NCBI GenBank assembly: GCA_964057225.1
Contig: OZ059894.1
Coordinates: 22,692,001 to 22,756,000, forward strand
From: Auanema rhodensis
Lineage: Eukaryota; Animalia; Nematoda
Length of the DNA: 64,000 bases
Direction: 5' to 3'
Each line of letters starts with the position of its first letter. Position 1 is the stretch's first letter. Both the position numbers and the translations under genes were made by a program. Of this stretch, positions 41,301 through 55,100 are shown in pieces. The notes beneath the pieces were generated by a model. The model was not told the DNA's origin. It worked only from the letters and a program-made list of their open reading frames with translations, and did not search any database.

Positions 41301-42530
41301 TTATTCAACGAAAAAATTAATTCTTCAGGGTGAAAATCGAGGATATAAGTGTGAACTTATATCAGTTGATATCTCGGTGCATTTTTAAGCTAGCGCAAAT
41401 CTGATAACACAGATCGACGCAGCTTAAAAATCCGCATCGAATGCAATATACTACATTGAGAAACGCTTAATACAAAAATTAGTTATGATCGTTTGAAAAA
41501 TGATGCATTAGTGTATGTTGAGTTTCCATGTACACTCAACATTGCTTCCAAAAACATTTTGACAAAAATTTTTTCGAAAAACTTCAAAATAATTTAGCAA
41601 AAAGTAGATGTTTTTAGATTCCTTTTTTCAAGGCAAAGACGATGGACAATGTTATTCAACGAAAAAATTAATTCTTCAGGGTGAAAATCGAGGATATAAG
41701 TGTGAACTTATATCAGTTGATATCTCGGTGCATTGTTAAGCTAGCGCAAATCTGATAACACAGATCGACGCAGCTTAAAAATCCGCATCGAATGCACTAT
41801 ACTACATTGAGAAACGCTTAATACAAAAATTAGTTATGATCGTTTGAAAAATGATGCATTAGTGTATGTTGAGTTTCCATGTACACTCAACATTGCTTCC
41901 AAAAACATTTTGACAAAAATTTTTTCGAAAAATTTCAGAATAATTTAGCAAAAAGTAGATGTTTTTAGATTCCTTTTTTCAAGGCAAAGACGATGGTCAA
42001 TGTTATTCAACGAAAAAATCAATTCTTCAGGGTGAAAATCGAGGATATAAGTGTGAACTTATATCAGTTGATATCTCGGTGCATTTTTAAGCTAGCGCAA
42101 ATCTGATAACACAGAACGACGCAGCTTAAAAATCCGCATCGAATGCACTATACTACATTGAGAAACGCTTAATACAAAAATTAGTTATGATCGTTTGAAA
42201 AATGATGCATTAGTGTATGTTGAGTTTCCATGTACACTCAACATTGCTTCCAAAAACATTTTGACAAAAATTTTTTCGAAAAATTTCAAAATAATTTAGC
42301 AAAAAGTAGATGTTTTTAGATTCCATTTTTCAAGGCAAAGACGATGGTCAATGTTATTCAACGAAAAAATCAATTCTTCAGGGTGAAAATCGAGGATATA
42401 AGTGTGAACTTATATCAGTTGATATCTCGGTGCATTTTTAAGCTAGCGCAAATCTGATAACACAGAACGACGCAGCTTAAAAATCCGCATCGAATGCACT
42501 ATACTACATTGAGAAACGCTTAATACAAAA
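38319..42530. repeat. 6-mer (2106 bp) tandem duplication; repeated at 58143-62354 in copy 2
   Basis: The variant order ccA / tgcaAt / tgcaAt / aaaaCtt+cattGtt / caGaat+ggTc+aatC / ccA+ggTc+aatC starts at 38319 and again at 40425. Confidence 0.85.
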
Positions 42531-44248
42531 ATTAGTTATGATCGTTTGAAAAATGATGCATTAGTGTATGTTGAGTTTCCATGTACACTCAACATTGCTT
42601 CCAAAAACATTTTGACAAAAATTTTTTCGAGAAATTTCAAAATAATTTAGCAAAAAGTAGATGTTTTTAGATTCCTTTTTTCAAGGCAAAGACGATGGAC
42701 AATGTTATTCAACGAAAAAATTAATTCTTCAGGGTGAAAATCGAGGATATAAGTGTGAACTTATATCAGTTGATATCTCGGTGCATTTTTAAGCTAGTTT
42801 AATTTAGCATAAAGTAGATGTTTTTAGATTCCATTTTTCAAGGCAAAGACGATGGACAATGATATTCAACAAAAAAATTAATTCTTCAGGGGGAAAATCG
42901 AGGATATAAGTGTGAACTTATATCAGTTGATATCTCGGTGCATTTTTAAGCTAGCGCAAATCTGATAACACAGATCGACGCAGCTTAAAAATCCGCATCG
43001 AATGCACTATACTACATTGAAAAACGCTTAATACAAAAATTAGTTATGATCGTTTGAAAAATGATGCATTAGTGTATGTTGAGTTTCCATGTACACTCAA
43101 CATTGCTTCCAAAAACATTTTGACAAAAAGTTTTTCGAAAAATTTCAGAATAATTTAGCAAAAAGTAGATGTTTTTAGATTCCTTTTTTCAAGGCAAAGA
43201 CGATGGACAATGTTATTCAACGAAAAAATTAATTCTTCAGGGTGAAAATCGAGGATATAAGTGTGAACTTATATCAGTTGATATCTCGGTGCATTTTTAA
43301 GCTAGCGCAAATCTGATAACACAGATCGACGCAGCTTAAAAATCCGCATCGAATGCACTATACTACATTGAGAAACGCTTAATACAAAAATTAGTTATGA
43401 TCGTTTGAAAAATGATGCATTAGTGTATGTTGAGTTTCCATGTACACTCAACATTGCTTCCAAAAACATTTTGACAAAAATTTTTTCGAGAAATTTCAAA
43501 ATAATTTAGCAAAAAGTAGATGTTTTTAGATTCCTTTTTTCAAGGCAAAGACGATGGACAATGTTATTCAACGAAAAAATTAATTCTTCAGGGTGAAAAT
43601 CGAGGATATAAGTGTGAACTTATATCAGTTGATATCTCGGTGCATTTTTAAGCTAGTTTAATTTAGCATAAAGTAGATGTTTTTAGATTCCATTTTTCAA
43701 GGCAAAGACGATGGACAATGATATTCAACAAAAAAATTAATTCTTCAGGGGGAAAATCGAGGATATAAGTGTGAACTTATATCAGTTGATATCTCGGTGC
43801 ATTTTTAAGCTAGCGCAAATCTGATAACACAGATCGACGCAGCTTAAAAATCCGCATCGAATGCACTATACTACATTGAAAAACGCTTAATACAAAAATT
43901 AGTTATGATCGTTTGAAAAATGATGCATTAGTGTATGTTGAGTTTCCATGTACACTCAACATTGCTTCCAAAAACATTTTGACAAAAAGTTTTTCGAAAA
44001 ATTTCAGAATAATTTAGCAAAAAGTAGATGTTTTTAGATTCCTTTTTTCAAGGCAAAGACGATGGACAATGTTATTCAACGAAAAAATTAATTCTTCAGG
44101 GTGAAAATCGAGGATATAAGTGTGAACTTATATCAGTTGATATCTCGGTGCATTTTTAAGCTAGCGCAAATCTGATAACACAGATCGACGCAGCTTAAAA
44201 ATCCGCATCGAATGCACTATACTACATTGAGAAACGCTTAATACAAAA
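42531..44248. repeat. 859-bp HOR (2 monomers + truncated unit), 2 copies; related copies at ~47057-49282 and 62355-64000
   Basis: Junction spacing is 859 at 42798/43657, 47324/48183/49042 and 62622/63481. The marker attgaAaaacg occurs at 43021, 43880, 48406 and 62845. Confidence 0.85.
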
Positions 44249-47056
44249 ATTAGTTATGATCGTTTGAAAAATGATGCATTAGTGTATGTTGAGTTTTCAT
44301 GTACACTCAACATTGCTTCCAAAAACATTTTGACAAAAATTTTTTCGAAAAATTTCATAATAATTTAGCAAAAAGTAGATGTTTTTAGATTCCATTTTTC
44401 AAGGCAAAGACGATGGACAATGTTATTCAACGAAAAAATTAATTCTTCAGGGTGAAAATCGAGGATATAAGTGTGAACTTATATCAGTTGATATCTCGGT
44501 GCATTTTTAAGCTAGCGCAAATCTGATAACACAGATCGACGCAGCTTAAAAATCCGCATCGAATGCACTATACTACATTGAGAAACGCTTAATACAAAAA
44601 TTAGTTATGATCGTTTGAAAAATGATGCATTAGTGTATGTTGAGTTTCCATGTACACTCAACATTGCTTCCAAAAACATTTTGACAAAAATTTTTTCGAA
44701 AAATTTCAGAATAATTTAGCAAAAAGTAGATGTTTTTAGATTCCATTTTTCAAGGCAAAGACGATGAACAATGTTATTCAACGAAAAAATTAATTCTTCA
44801 GGGTGAAAATCGAGGATTAAAGTGTGAACTTATATCAGTTGATATCTCGGTGCATTTTTAAGCTAGCGCAAATCTGATAACACAGATCGACGCAGCTTAA
44901 CAATCCGCATCGAATGCACTATACTACATTGAAAAACGCTTAATACAAAAATTAGTTATGATCGTTTGAAAAATGATGCATTAGTGTATGTTGAGTTTCC
45001 ATGTACACTCAACATTGCTTCCAAAAACATTTTGACAAAAATTTTTTCGAAAAATTTCAGAATAATTTAGCATAAAGTAGATGTTTTTAGATTCCATTTT
45101 TCAAGGCAAAGACGATGGACAATGATATTCAACGAAAAAATTAATTCTTCAGGGGGAAAATCGAGGATATAAGTGTGAACTTATATCAGTTGATATCTCG
45201 GTGCATTTTTAAGCTAGCGCAAATCTGATAACACAGATCGACGCAGCTTAAAAATTCGCATCGAATGCACTATACTACATTGAGAAACGCTTAATACAAA
45301 AATTAGTTATGATCGTTTGAAAAATGATGCATTAGTGTATGTTGAGTTTCCATGTACACTCAACATTGCTTCCAAAAACATTTTGACAAAAAGTTTTTCG
45401 AAAAATTTCAGAATAATTTAGCAAAAAGTAGATGTTTTTAGATTCCTTTTTTCAAGGCAAAGACGATGGTCAATGTTATTCAACGAAAAAATCAATTCTT
45501 CAGGGTGAAAATCGAGGATTTAAATGTGAACTTATATCAGTTGATATCTCGGTGCATTTTTAAGCTAGCGCAAATCTGATAACACAGATCGACGCAGCTT
45601 AAAAATTCGCATCGAATGCACTATACTACATTGAGAAACGCTTAATACAAAAATTAGTTATGATCGTTTGAAAAATGATGCATTAGTGTATGTTGAGTTT
45701 CCATGTACACTCAACATTGCTTCCAAAAACATTTTGACAAAAATTTTTTCGAAAAATTTCATAATAATTTAGCAAAAAGTAGATGTTTTTAGATTCCATT
45801 TTTCAAGGCAAAGACGATGGACAATGTTATTCAACGAAAAAATTAATTCTTCAGGGTGAAAATCGAGGATATAAGTGTGAACTTATATCAGTTGATATCT
45901 CGGTGCATTTTTAAGCTAGCGCAAATCTGATAACACAGATCGACGCAGCTTAAAAATCCGCATCGAATGCACTATACTACATTGAGAAACGCTTAATACA
46001 AAAATTAGTTATGATCGTTTGAAAAATGTTGCATTAGTGTATGTTGAGTTTCCATGTACACTCAACATTGCTTCCAAAAACATTTTGACAAAAATTTTTT
46101 CGAAAAATTTCAAAATAATTTAGCAAAAAGTAGATGTTTTTAGATTCCATTTTTCAAGGCAAAGACGATGGACAATGTTATTCAACGAAAAAATTAATTC
46201 TTCAGGGTGAAAATCGAGGATATAAGTGTGAACTTATATCAGTTGATATCTCGGTGCATTTTTAAGCTAGCGCAAATCTGATAACACAGATCGACGCAGC
46301 TTAAAAATCCGCATCGAATGCACTATACTACATTGAGAAACGCTTAATACAAAAATTAGTTATGATCGTTTGAAAAATGATGCATTAGTGTATGTTGAGT
46401 TTCCATGTACACTCAACATTGCTTCCAAAAACATTTTGACAAAAATTTTTTCGAAAAATTTCAGAATAATTTAGCAAAAAGTAGATGTTTTTAGATTCCA
46501 TTTTTCAAAGCAAAGACGATGGACAATGTTATTCAACGAAAAAATTAATTCTTCAGGGGGAAAATCGAGGATATAAGTGTGAACATATATCAGTTGATAT
46601 CTCGGTGCATTTTTAAGCTAGCGCAAATCTGATAACACAGATCGACGCAGCTTAAAAATCCGCATCGAATGCACTATACTACATTGAGAAACGCTTAATA
46701 CAAAAATTAGTTATGATCGTTTGAAAAATGATGCATTAGTGTATGTTGAGTTTCCATGTACACTCAACATTGCTTCCAAAAACATTTTGACAAAAATGTT
46801 TTCGAAAAATTTCAGAATAATTTAGCAAAAAGTAGATGTTTTTAGATTCCTTTTTTCAAGGCAAAGACGATGGACAATGTTATTCAACGAAAAAATTAAT
46901 TCTTCAGGGTGAAAATCGAGGATATAAGTGTGAACTTATATCAGTTGATATCTCGGTGCATTTTTAAGCTAGCGCAAATCTGATAACACAGAACGACGCA
47001 GCTTAAAAATCCGCATCGAATGCACTATACTACATTGAGAAACGCTTAATACAAAA
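44249..47056. repeat. Diverged island of 8 full-length monomers
   Basis: High density of alleles absent or rare elsewhere: 44297, 44358, 44767, 44818-19, 44901, 45256, 45520, 45524, 45607, 45762, 46029, 46509, 46585, 46798. Confidence 0.9.
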
Positions 47057-49136
47057 ATTAGTTATGATCGTTTGAAAAATGATGCATTAGTGTATGTTGA
47101 GTTTCCATGTACACTCAACATTGCTTCCAAAAACATTTTGACAAAAATTTTTTCGAGAAATTTCAAAATAATTTAGCAAAAAGTAGATGTTTTTAGATTC
47201 CTTTTTTCAAGGCAAAGACGATGGACAATGTTATTCAACGAAAAAATTAATTCTTCAGGGTGAAAATCGAGGATATAAGTGTGAACTTATATCAGTTGAT
47301 ATCTCGGTGCATTTTTAAGCTAGTTTAATTTAGCATAAAGTAGATGTTTTTAGATTCCATTTTTCAAGGCAAAGACGATGGACAATGATATTCAACAAAA
47401 AAATTAATTCTTCAGGGGGAAAATCGAGGATATAAGTGTGAACTTATATCAGTTGATATCTCGGTGCATTTTTAAGCTAGCGCAAATCTGATAACACAGA
47501 TCGACGCAGCTTAAAAATCCGCATCGAATGCACTATACTACATTGAGAAACGCTTAATACAAAAATTAGTTATGATCGTTTGAAAAATGATGCATTAGTG
47601 TATGTTGAGTTTCCATGTACACTCAACATTGCTTCCAAAAACATTTTGACAAAAAGTTTTTCGAAAAATTTCAGAATAATTTAGCAAAAAGTAGATGTTT
47701 TTAGATTCCTTTTTTCAAGGCAAAGACGATGGACAATGTTATTCAACGAAAAAATTAATTCTTCAGGGTGAAAATCGAGGATATAAGTGTGAACTTATAT
47801 CAGTTGATATCTCGGTGCATTTTTCAGCTAGCGCAAATCTGATAACACAGATCGACGCAGCTTAAAAATCCGCATCGAATGCACTATACTACATTGAGAA
47901 ACGCTTAATACAAAAATTAGTTATGATCGTTTGAAAAATGATGCATTAGTGTATGTTGAGTTTCCATGTACACTCAACATTGCTTCCAAAAACATTTTGA
48001 CAAAAATTTTTTCGAGAAATTTCAAAATAATTTAGCAAAAAGTAGATGTTTTTAGATTCCTTTTTTCAAGGCAAAGACGATGGACAATGTTATTCAACGA
48101 AAAAATTAATTCTTCAGGGTGAAAATCGAGGATATAAGTGTGAACTTATATCAGTTGATATCTCGGTGCATTTTTAAGCTAGTTTAATTTAGCATAAAGT
48201 AGATGTTTTTAGATTCCATTTTTCAAGGCAAAGACGATGGACAATGATATTCAACAAAAAAATTAATTCTTCAGGGGGAAAATCGAGGATATAAGTGTGA
48301 ACTTATATCAGTTGATATCTCGGTGCATTTTTAAGCTAGCGCAAATCTGATAACACAGATCGACGCAGCTTAAAAATCCGCATCGAATGCACTATACTAC
48401 ATTGAAAAACGCTTAATACAAAAATTAGTTATGATCGTTTGAAAAATGATGCATTAGTGTATGTTGAGTTTCCATGTACACTCAACATTGCTTCCAAAAA
48501 CATTTTGACAAAAAGTTTTTCGAAAAATTTCAGAATAATTTAGCAAAAAGTAGATGTTTTTAGATTCCTTTTTTCAAGGCAAAGACGATGGACAATGTTA
48601 TTCAACGAAAAAATTAATTCTTCAGGGTGAAAATCGAGGATATAAGTGTGAACTTATATCAGTTGATATCTCGGTGCATTTTTAAGCTAGCGCAAATCTG
48701 ATAACACAGATCGACGCAGCTTAAAAATCCGCATCGAATGCACTATACTACATTGAGAAACGCTTAATACAAAAATTAGTTATGATCGTTTGAAAAATGA
48801 TGCATTAGTGTATGTTGAGTTTCCATGTACACTCAACATTGCTTCCAAAAACATTTTGACAAAAATTTTTTCGAGAAATTTCAAAATAATTTAGCAAAAA
48901 GTAGATGTTTTTAGATTCCTTTTTTCAAGGCAAAGACGATGGACAATGTTATTCAACAAAAAAATTAATTCTTCAGGGTGAAAATCGAGGATATAAGTGT
49001 GAACTTATATCAGTTGATATCTCGGTGCATTTTTAAGCTAGTTTAATTTAGCATAAAGTAGATGTTTTTAGATTCCATTTTTCAAGGCAAAGACGATGGA
49101 CAATGATATTCAACAAAAAAATTAATTCTTCAGGGG

Positions 49137-52100
49137 GAAAATCGAGGATATAAGTGTGAACTTATATCAGTTGATATCTCGGTGCATTTTTAAGCTAGCG
49201 CAAATCTGATAACACAGAACGACGCAGCTTAAAAATCCGCATCGAATGCACTATACTACATTGAGAAACGCTTAATACAAAAATTAGTTATGATCGTTTG
49301 AAAAATGATGCATTAGTGTATGTTGAGTTTCCATGTACACTCAACATTGCTTCCAAAAACATTTTGACAAAAATTTTTTCGAGAAATTTCAAAATAATTT
49401 AGCAAAAAGTAGATGTTTTTAGATTCCTTTTTTCAAGGCAAAGACGATGGACAATGTTATTCAACGAAAAAATTAATTCTTCAGGGTGAAAATCGAGGAT
49501 ATAAGTGTGAACTTATATCAGTTGATATCTCGGTGCATTTTTAAGCTAGTTTAATTTAGCATAAAGTAGATGTTTTTAGATTCCATTTTTCAAGGCAAAG
49601 ACGATGGACAATGATATTCAACAAAAAAATTAATTCTTCAGGGGGAAAATCGAGGATATAAGTGTGAACTTATATCAGTTGATATCTCGGTGCATTTTTA
49701 AGCTAGCGCAAATCTGATAACACAGATCGACGCAGCTTAAAAATCCGCATCGAATGCACTATACTACATTGAGAAACGCTTAATACAAAAATTAGTTATG
49801 ATCGTTTGAAAAATGATGCATTAGTGTATGTTGAGTTTCCATGTACACTCAACATTGCTTCCAAAAACATTTTGACAAAAAGTTTTTCGAAAAATTTCAG
49901 AATAATTTAGCAAAAAGTAGATGTTTTTAGATTCCTTTTTTCAAGGCAAAGACGATGGACGATGTTATTCAACGAAAAAATTAATTCTTCAGGGTGAAAA
50001 TCGAGGATATAAGTGTGAACTTATATCAGTTGATATCTCGGTGCATTTTTAAGCTAGTTTAATTTAGCATAAAGTAGATGTTTTTAGATTCCATTTTTCA
50101 AGGCAAAGACGATGGACAATGATATTCAACAAAAAAATTAATTCTTCAGGGGGAAAATCGAGGATATAAGTGTGAACTTATATCAGTTGATATCTCGGTG
50201 CATTTTTAAGCTAGCGCAAATCTGATAACACAGATCGACGCAGCTTAAAAATCCGCATCGAATGCACTATACTACATTGAGAAACGCTTAATACAAAAAT
50301 TAGTTATGATCGTTTGAAAAATGATGCATTAGTGTATGTTGAGTTTCCATGTACACTCAACATTGCTTCCAAAAACATTTTGACAAAAAGTTTTTCGAAA
50401 AATTTCAGAATAATTTAGCAAAAAGTAGATGTTTTCAGATTCCTTTTTTCAAGGCAAAGACGATGGACAATGTTATTCAACGAAAAAATTAATTCTTCAG
50501 GGTGAAAATCGAGGATATAAGTGTGAACTTATATCAGTTGATATCTCGGTGCATTTTTAAGCTAGCGCAAATCTGATAACACAGATCGACGCAGCTTAAA
50601 AATCCGCATCGAATGCACTATACTACATTGAGAAACGCTTAATACAAAAATTAGTTATGATCGTTTGAAAAATGATGCATTAGTGTATGTTGAGTTTCCA
50701 TGTACACTCAACATTGCTTCCAAAAACATTTTGACAAAAATTTTTTCGAGAAATTTCAAAATAATTTAGCAAAAAGTAGATGTTTTTAGATTCCTTTTTT
50801 CAAGGCAAAGACGATGGACAATGTTATTCAACGAAAAAATTAATTCTTCAGGGTGAAAATCGAGGATATAAGTGTGAACTTATATCAGTTGATATCTCGG
50901 TGCATTTTTAAGCTAGCGCAAATCTGATAACACAGATCGACGCAGCTTAAAAATCCGCATCGAATGCAATATACTACATTGAGAAACGCTTAATACAAAA
51001 ATTAGTTATGATCGTTTGAAAAATGATGCATTAGTGTATGTTGAGTTTCCATGTACACTCAACATTGCTTCCAAAAACATTTTGACAAAAATTTTTTCGA
51101 GAAATTTCAAAATAATTTAGCAAAAAGTAGATGTTTTTAGATTCCTTTTTTCAAGGCAAAGACGATGGACAATGTTATTCAACGAAAAAATTAATTCTTC
51201 AGGGTGAAAATCGAGGATATAAGTGTGAACTTATATCAGTTGATATCTCGGTGCATTTTTAAGCTAGCGCAAATCTGATAACACAGATCGACGCAGCTTA
51301 AAAATCCGCATCGAATGCAATATACTACATTGAGAAACGCTTAATACAAAAATTAGTTATGATCGTTTGAAAAATGATGCATTAGTGTATGTTGAGTTTC
51401 CATGTACACTCAACATTGCTTCCAAAAACATTTTGACAAAAATTTTTTCGAGAAATTTCGAAATAATTTAGCAAAAAGTAGATGTTTTTAGATTCCTTTT
51501 TTCAAGGCAAAGACGATGGACAATGTTATTCAACGAAAAAATTAATTCTTCAGGGTGAAAATCGAGGATATAAGTGTGAACTTATATCAGTTGATATCTC
51601 GGTGCATTTTTAAGCTAGCGCAAATCTGATAACAAAGAACGACGCAGCTTAAAAATCCGCATCGAATGCACTATACTACATTGAGAAACGCTTAATACAA
51701 AAATTAGTTATGATCGTTTGAAAAATGATGCATTAGTGTATGTTGAGTTTCCATGTACACTCAACATTGCTTCCAAAAACATTTTGACAAAAATTTTTTC
51801 GAGAAATTTCAAAATAATTTAGCAAAAAGTAGATGTTTTTAGATTCCTTTTTTCAAGGCAAAGACGATGGACAATGTTATTCAACGAAAAAATTAATTCT
51901 TCAGGGTGAAAATCGAGGATATAAGTGTGAACTTATATCAGTTGATATCTCGGTGCATTTTTAAGCTAGTTTAATTTAGCATAAAGTAGATGTTTTTAGA
52001 TTCCATTTTTCAAGGCAAAGACGATGGACAATGATATTCAACAAAAAAATTAATTCTTCAGGGGGAAAATCGAGGATATAAGTGTGAACTTATATCAGTT

Positions 52101-55100
52101 GATATCTCGGTGCATTTTTAAGCTAGCGCAAATCTGATAACACAGATCGACGCAGCTTAAAAATCCGCATCGAATGCACTATACTACATTGAGAAACGCT
52201 TAATACAAAAATTAGTTATGATCGTTTGAAAAATGATGCATTAGTGTATGTTGAGTTTCCATGTACACTCAACATTGCTTCCAAAAACATTTTGACAAAA
52301 AGTTTTTCGAAAAATTTCAGAATAATTTAGCAAAAAGTAGATGTTTTTAGATTCCTTTTTTCAAGGCAAAGACGATGGACAATGTTATTCAACGAAAAAA
52401 TTAATTCTTCAGGGTGAAAATCGAGGATATAAGTGTGAACTTATATCAGTTGATATCTCGGTGCATTTTTAAGCTAGTTTAATTTAGCATAAAGTAGATG
52501 TTTTTAGATTCCATTTTTCAAGGCAAAGACGATGGACAATGATATTCAACAAAAAAATTAATTCTTCAGGGGGAAAATCGAGGATATAAGTGTGAACTTA
52601 TATCAGTTGATATCTCGGTGCATTTTTAAGCTAGCGCAAATCTGATAACACAGATCGACGCAGCTTAAAAATCCGCATCGAATGCACTATACTACATTGA
52701 GAAACGCTTAATACAAAAATTAGTTATGATCGTTTGAAAAATGATGCATTAGTGTATGTTGAGTTTCCATGTACACTCAACATTGCTTCCAAAAACATTT
52801 TGACAAAAAGTTTTTCGAAAAATTTCAGAATAATTTAGCAAAAAGTAGATGTTTTCAGATTCCTTTTTTCAAGGCAAAGACGATGGACAATGTTATTCAA
52901 CGAAAAAATTAATTCTTCAGGGTGAAAATCGAGGATATAAGTGTGAACTTATATCAGTTGATATCTCGGTGCATTTTTAAGCTAGCGCAAATCTGATAAC
53001 ACAGATCGACGCAGCTTAAAAATCCGCATCGAATGCACTATACTACATTGAGAAACGCTTAATACAAAAATTAGTTATGATCGTTTGAAAAATGATGCAT
53101 TAGTGTATGTTGAGTTTCCATGTACACTCAACATTGCTTCCAAAAACATTTTGACAAAAATTTTTTCGAAAAATTTCAGAATAATTTAGCAAAAAGTAGA
53201 TGTTTTTAGATTCCTTTTTTCAAGGCAAAGACGATGGTCAATGTTATTCAACGAAAAAATTAATTCTTCAGGGTGAAAATCGAGGATATAAGTGTGAACT
53301 TATATCAGTTGATATCTCGGTGCATTTTTAAGCTAGCGCAAATCTGATAACACAGATCGACGCAGCTTAAAAATCCGCATCGAATGCACTATACTACATT
53401 GAGAAACGCTCAATACGAAAATTAGTTATGATCGTTTGAAAAATGATGCATTAGTGTATGTTGAGTTTCCATGTACACTCAACATTGCTTCCAAAAACAT
53501 TTTGACAAAAATTTTTTCGAGAAATTTCAAAATAATTTAGCAAAAAGTAGATGTTTTTAGATTCCTTTTTTCAAGGCAAAGACGATGGACAATGTTATTC
53601 AACGAAAAAATTAATTCTTCAGGGTGAAAATCGAGGATATAAGTGTGAACTTATATCAGTTGATATCTCGGTGCATTTTTAAGCTAGCGCAAATCTGATA
53701 ACACAGAACGACGCAGCTTAAAAATCCGCATCGAATGCACTATACTACATTGAGAAACGCTTAATACAAAAATTAGTTATGATCGTTTGAAAAATGATGC
53801 ATTAGTGTATGTTGAGTTTCCATGTACACTCAACATTGCTTCCAAAAACATTTTGACAAAAATTTTTTCGAGAAATTTCAAAATAATTTAGCAAAAAGTA
53901 GATGTTTTTAGATTCGTTTTTTTCAAGGCAAAGACGATGGACAATGTTATTCAACGAAAAAATTAATTCTTCAGGGTGAAAATCGAGGATATAAGTGTGA
54001 ACTTATATCAGTTGATATCTCGGTGCATTTTTAAGCTAGCGCAAATCTGATAACACAGATCGACGCAGCTTAAAAATCCGCATCGAATGCACTATACTAC
54101 ATTGAGAAACGCTTAATACAAAAATTAGTTATGATCGTTTGAAAAATGATGCATTAGTGTATGTTGAGTTTCCATGTACACTCAACATTGCTTCCAAAAA
54201 CATTTTGACAAAAATTTTTTCGAAAAATTTCAAAATAATTTAGCAAAAAGTAGATGTTTTTAGATTCCATTTTTCAAGGCAAAGACGATGGACAATGTTA
54301 TTCAACGAAAAAATTAATTCTTCAGGGTGAAAATCGAGGATATAAGTGTGAACTTATATCAGTTGATATCTCGGTGCATTTTTAAGCTAGCGCAAATCTG
54401 ATAACACAGATCGACGCAGCTTAAAAATCCGCATCGAATGCACTATACTACATTGAGAAACGCTTAATACGAAAATTAGTTATGATCGTTTGAAAAATGA
54501 TGCATTAGTGTATGTTGAGTTTCCATGTACACTCAACATTGCTTCCAAAAACATTTTGACAAAAATTTTTTCGAAAAATTTCAAAATAATTTAGCAAAAA
54601 GTAGATGTTTTTAGATTCCATTTTTCAAGGCAAAGACGATGGACAATGTTATTCAACGAAAAAATTAATTCTTCAGGGTGAAAATCGAGGATATAAGTGT
54701 GAACTTATATCAGTTGATATCTCGGTGCATTTTTAAGCTAGCGCAAATCTGATAACACAGATCGACGCAGCTTAAAAATCCGCATCGAATGCACTATACT
54801 ACATTGAGAAACGCTTAATACAAAAATTAGTTATGATCGTTTGAAAAATGATGCATTAGTGTATGTTGAGTTTCCATGTACACTCAACATTGCTTCCAAA
54901 AACATTTTGACAAAAATTTTTTCGAGAAATTTCAAAATAATTTAGCAAAAAGTAGATGTTTTTAGATTCCTTTTTTCAAGGCAAAGACGATGGACAATGT
55001 TATTCAACGAAAAAATTAATTCTTCAGGGTGAAAATCGAGGATATAAGTGTGAACTTATATCAGTTGATATCTCGGTGCATTTTTAAGCTAGCGCAAATC

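Larger units (their letters stand above)
27401..49136. repeat. Large tandem duplication, copy 1 (21,736 bp)
   Basis: Rare SNPs at 28225, 28700, 31675, 32180 and 32735 recur at +21736; rare SNPs at 37409, 38657, 40339 and 43021 recur at +19824. Confidence 0.9.
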
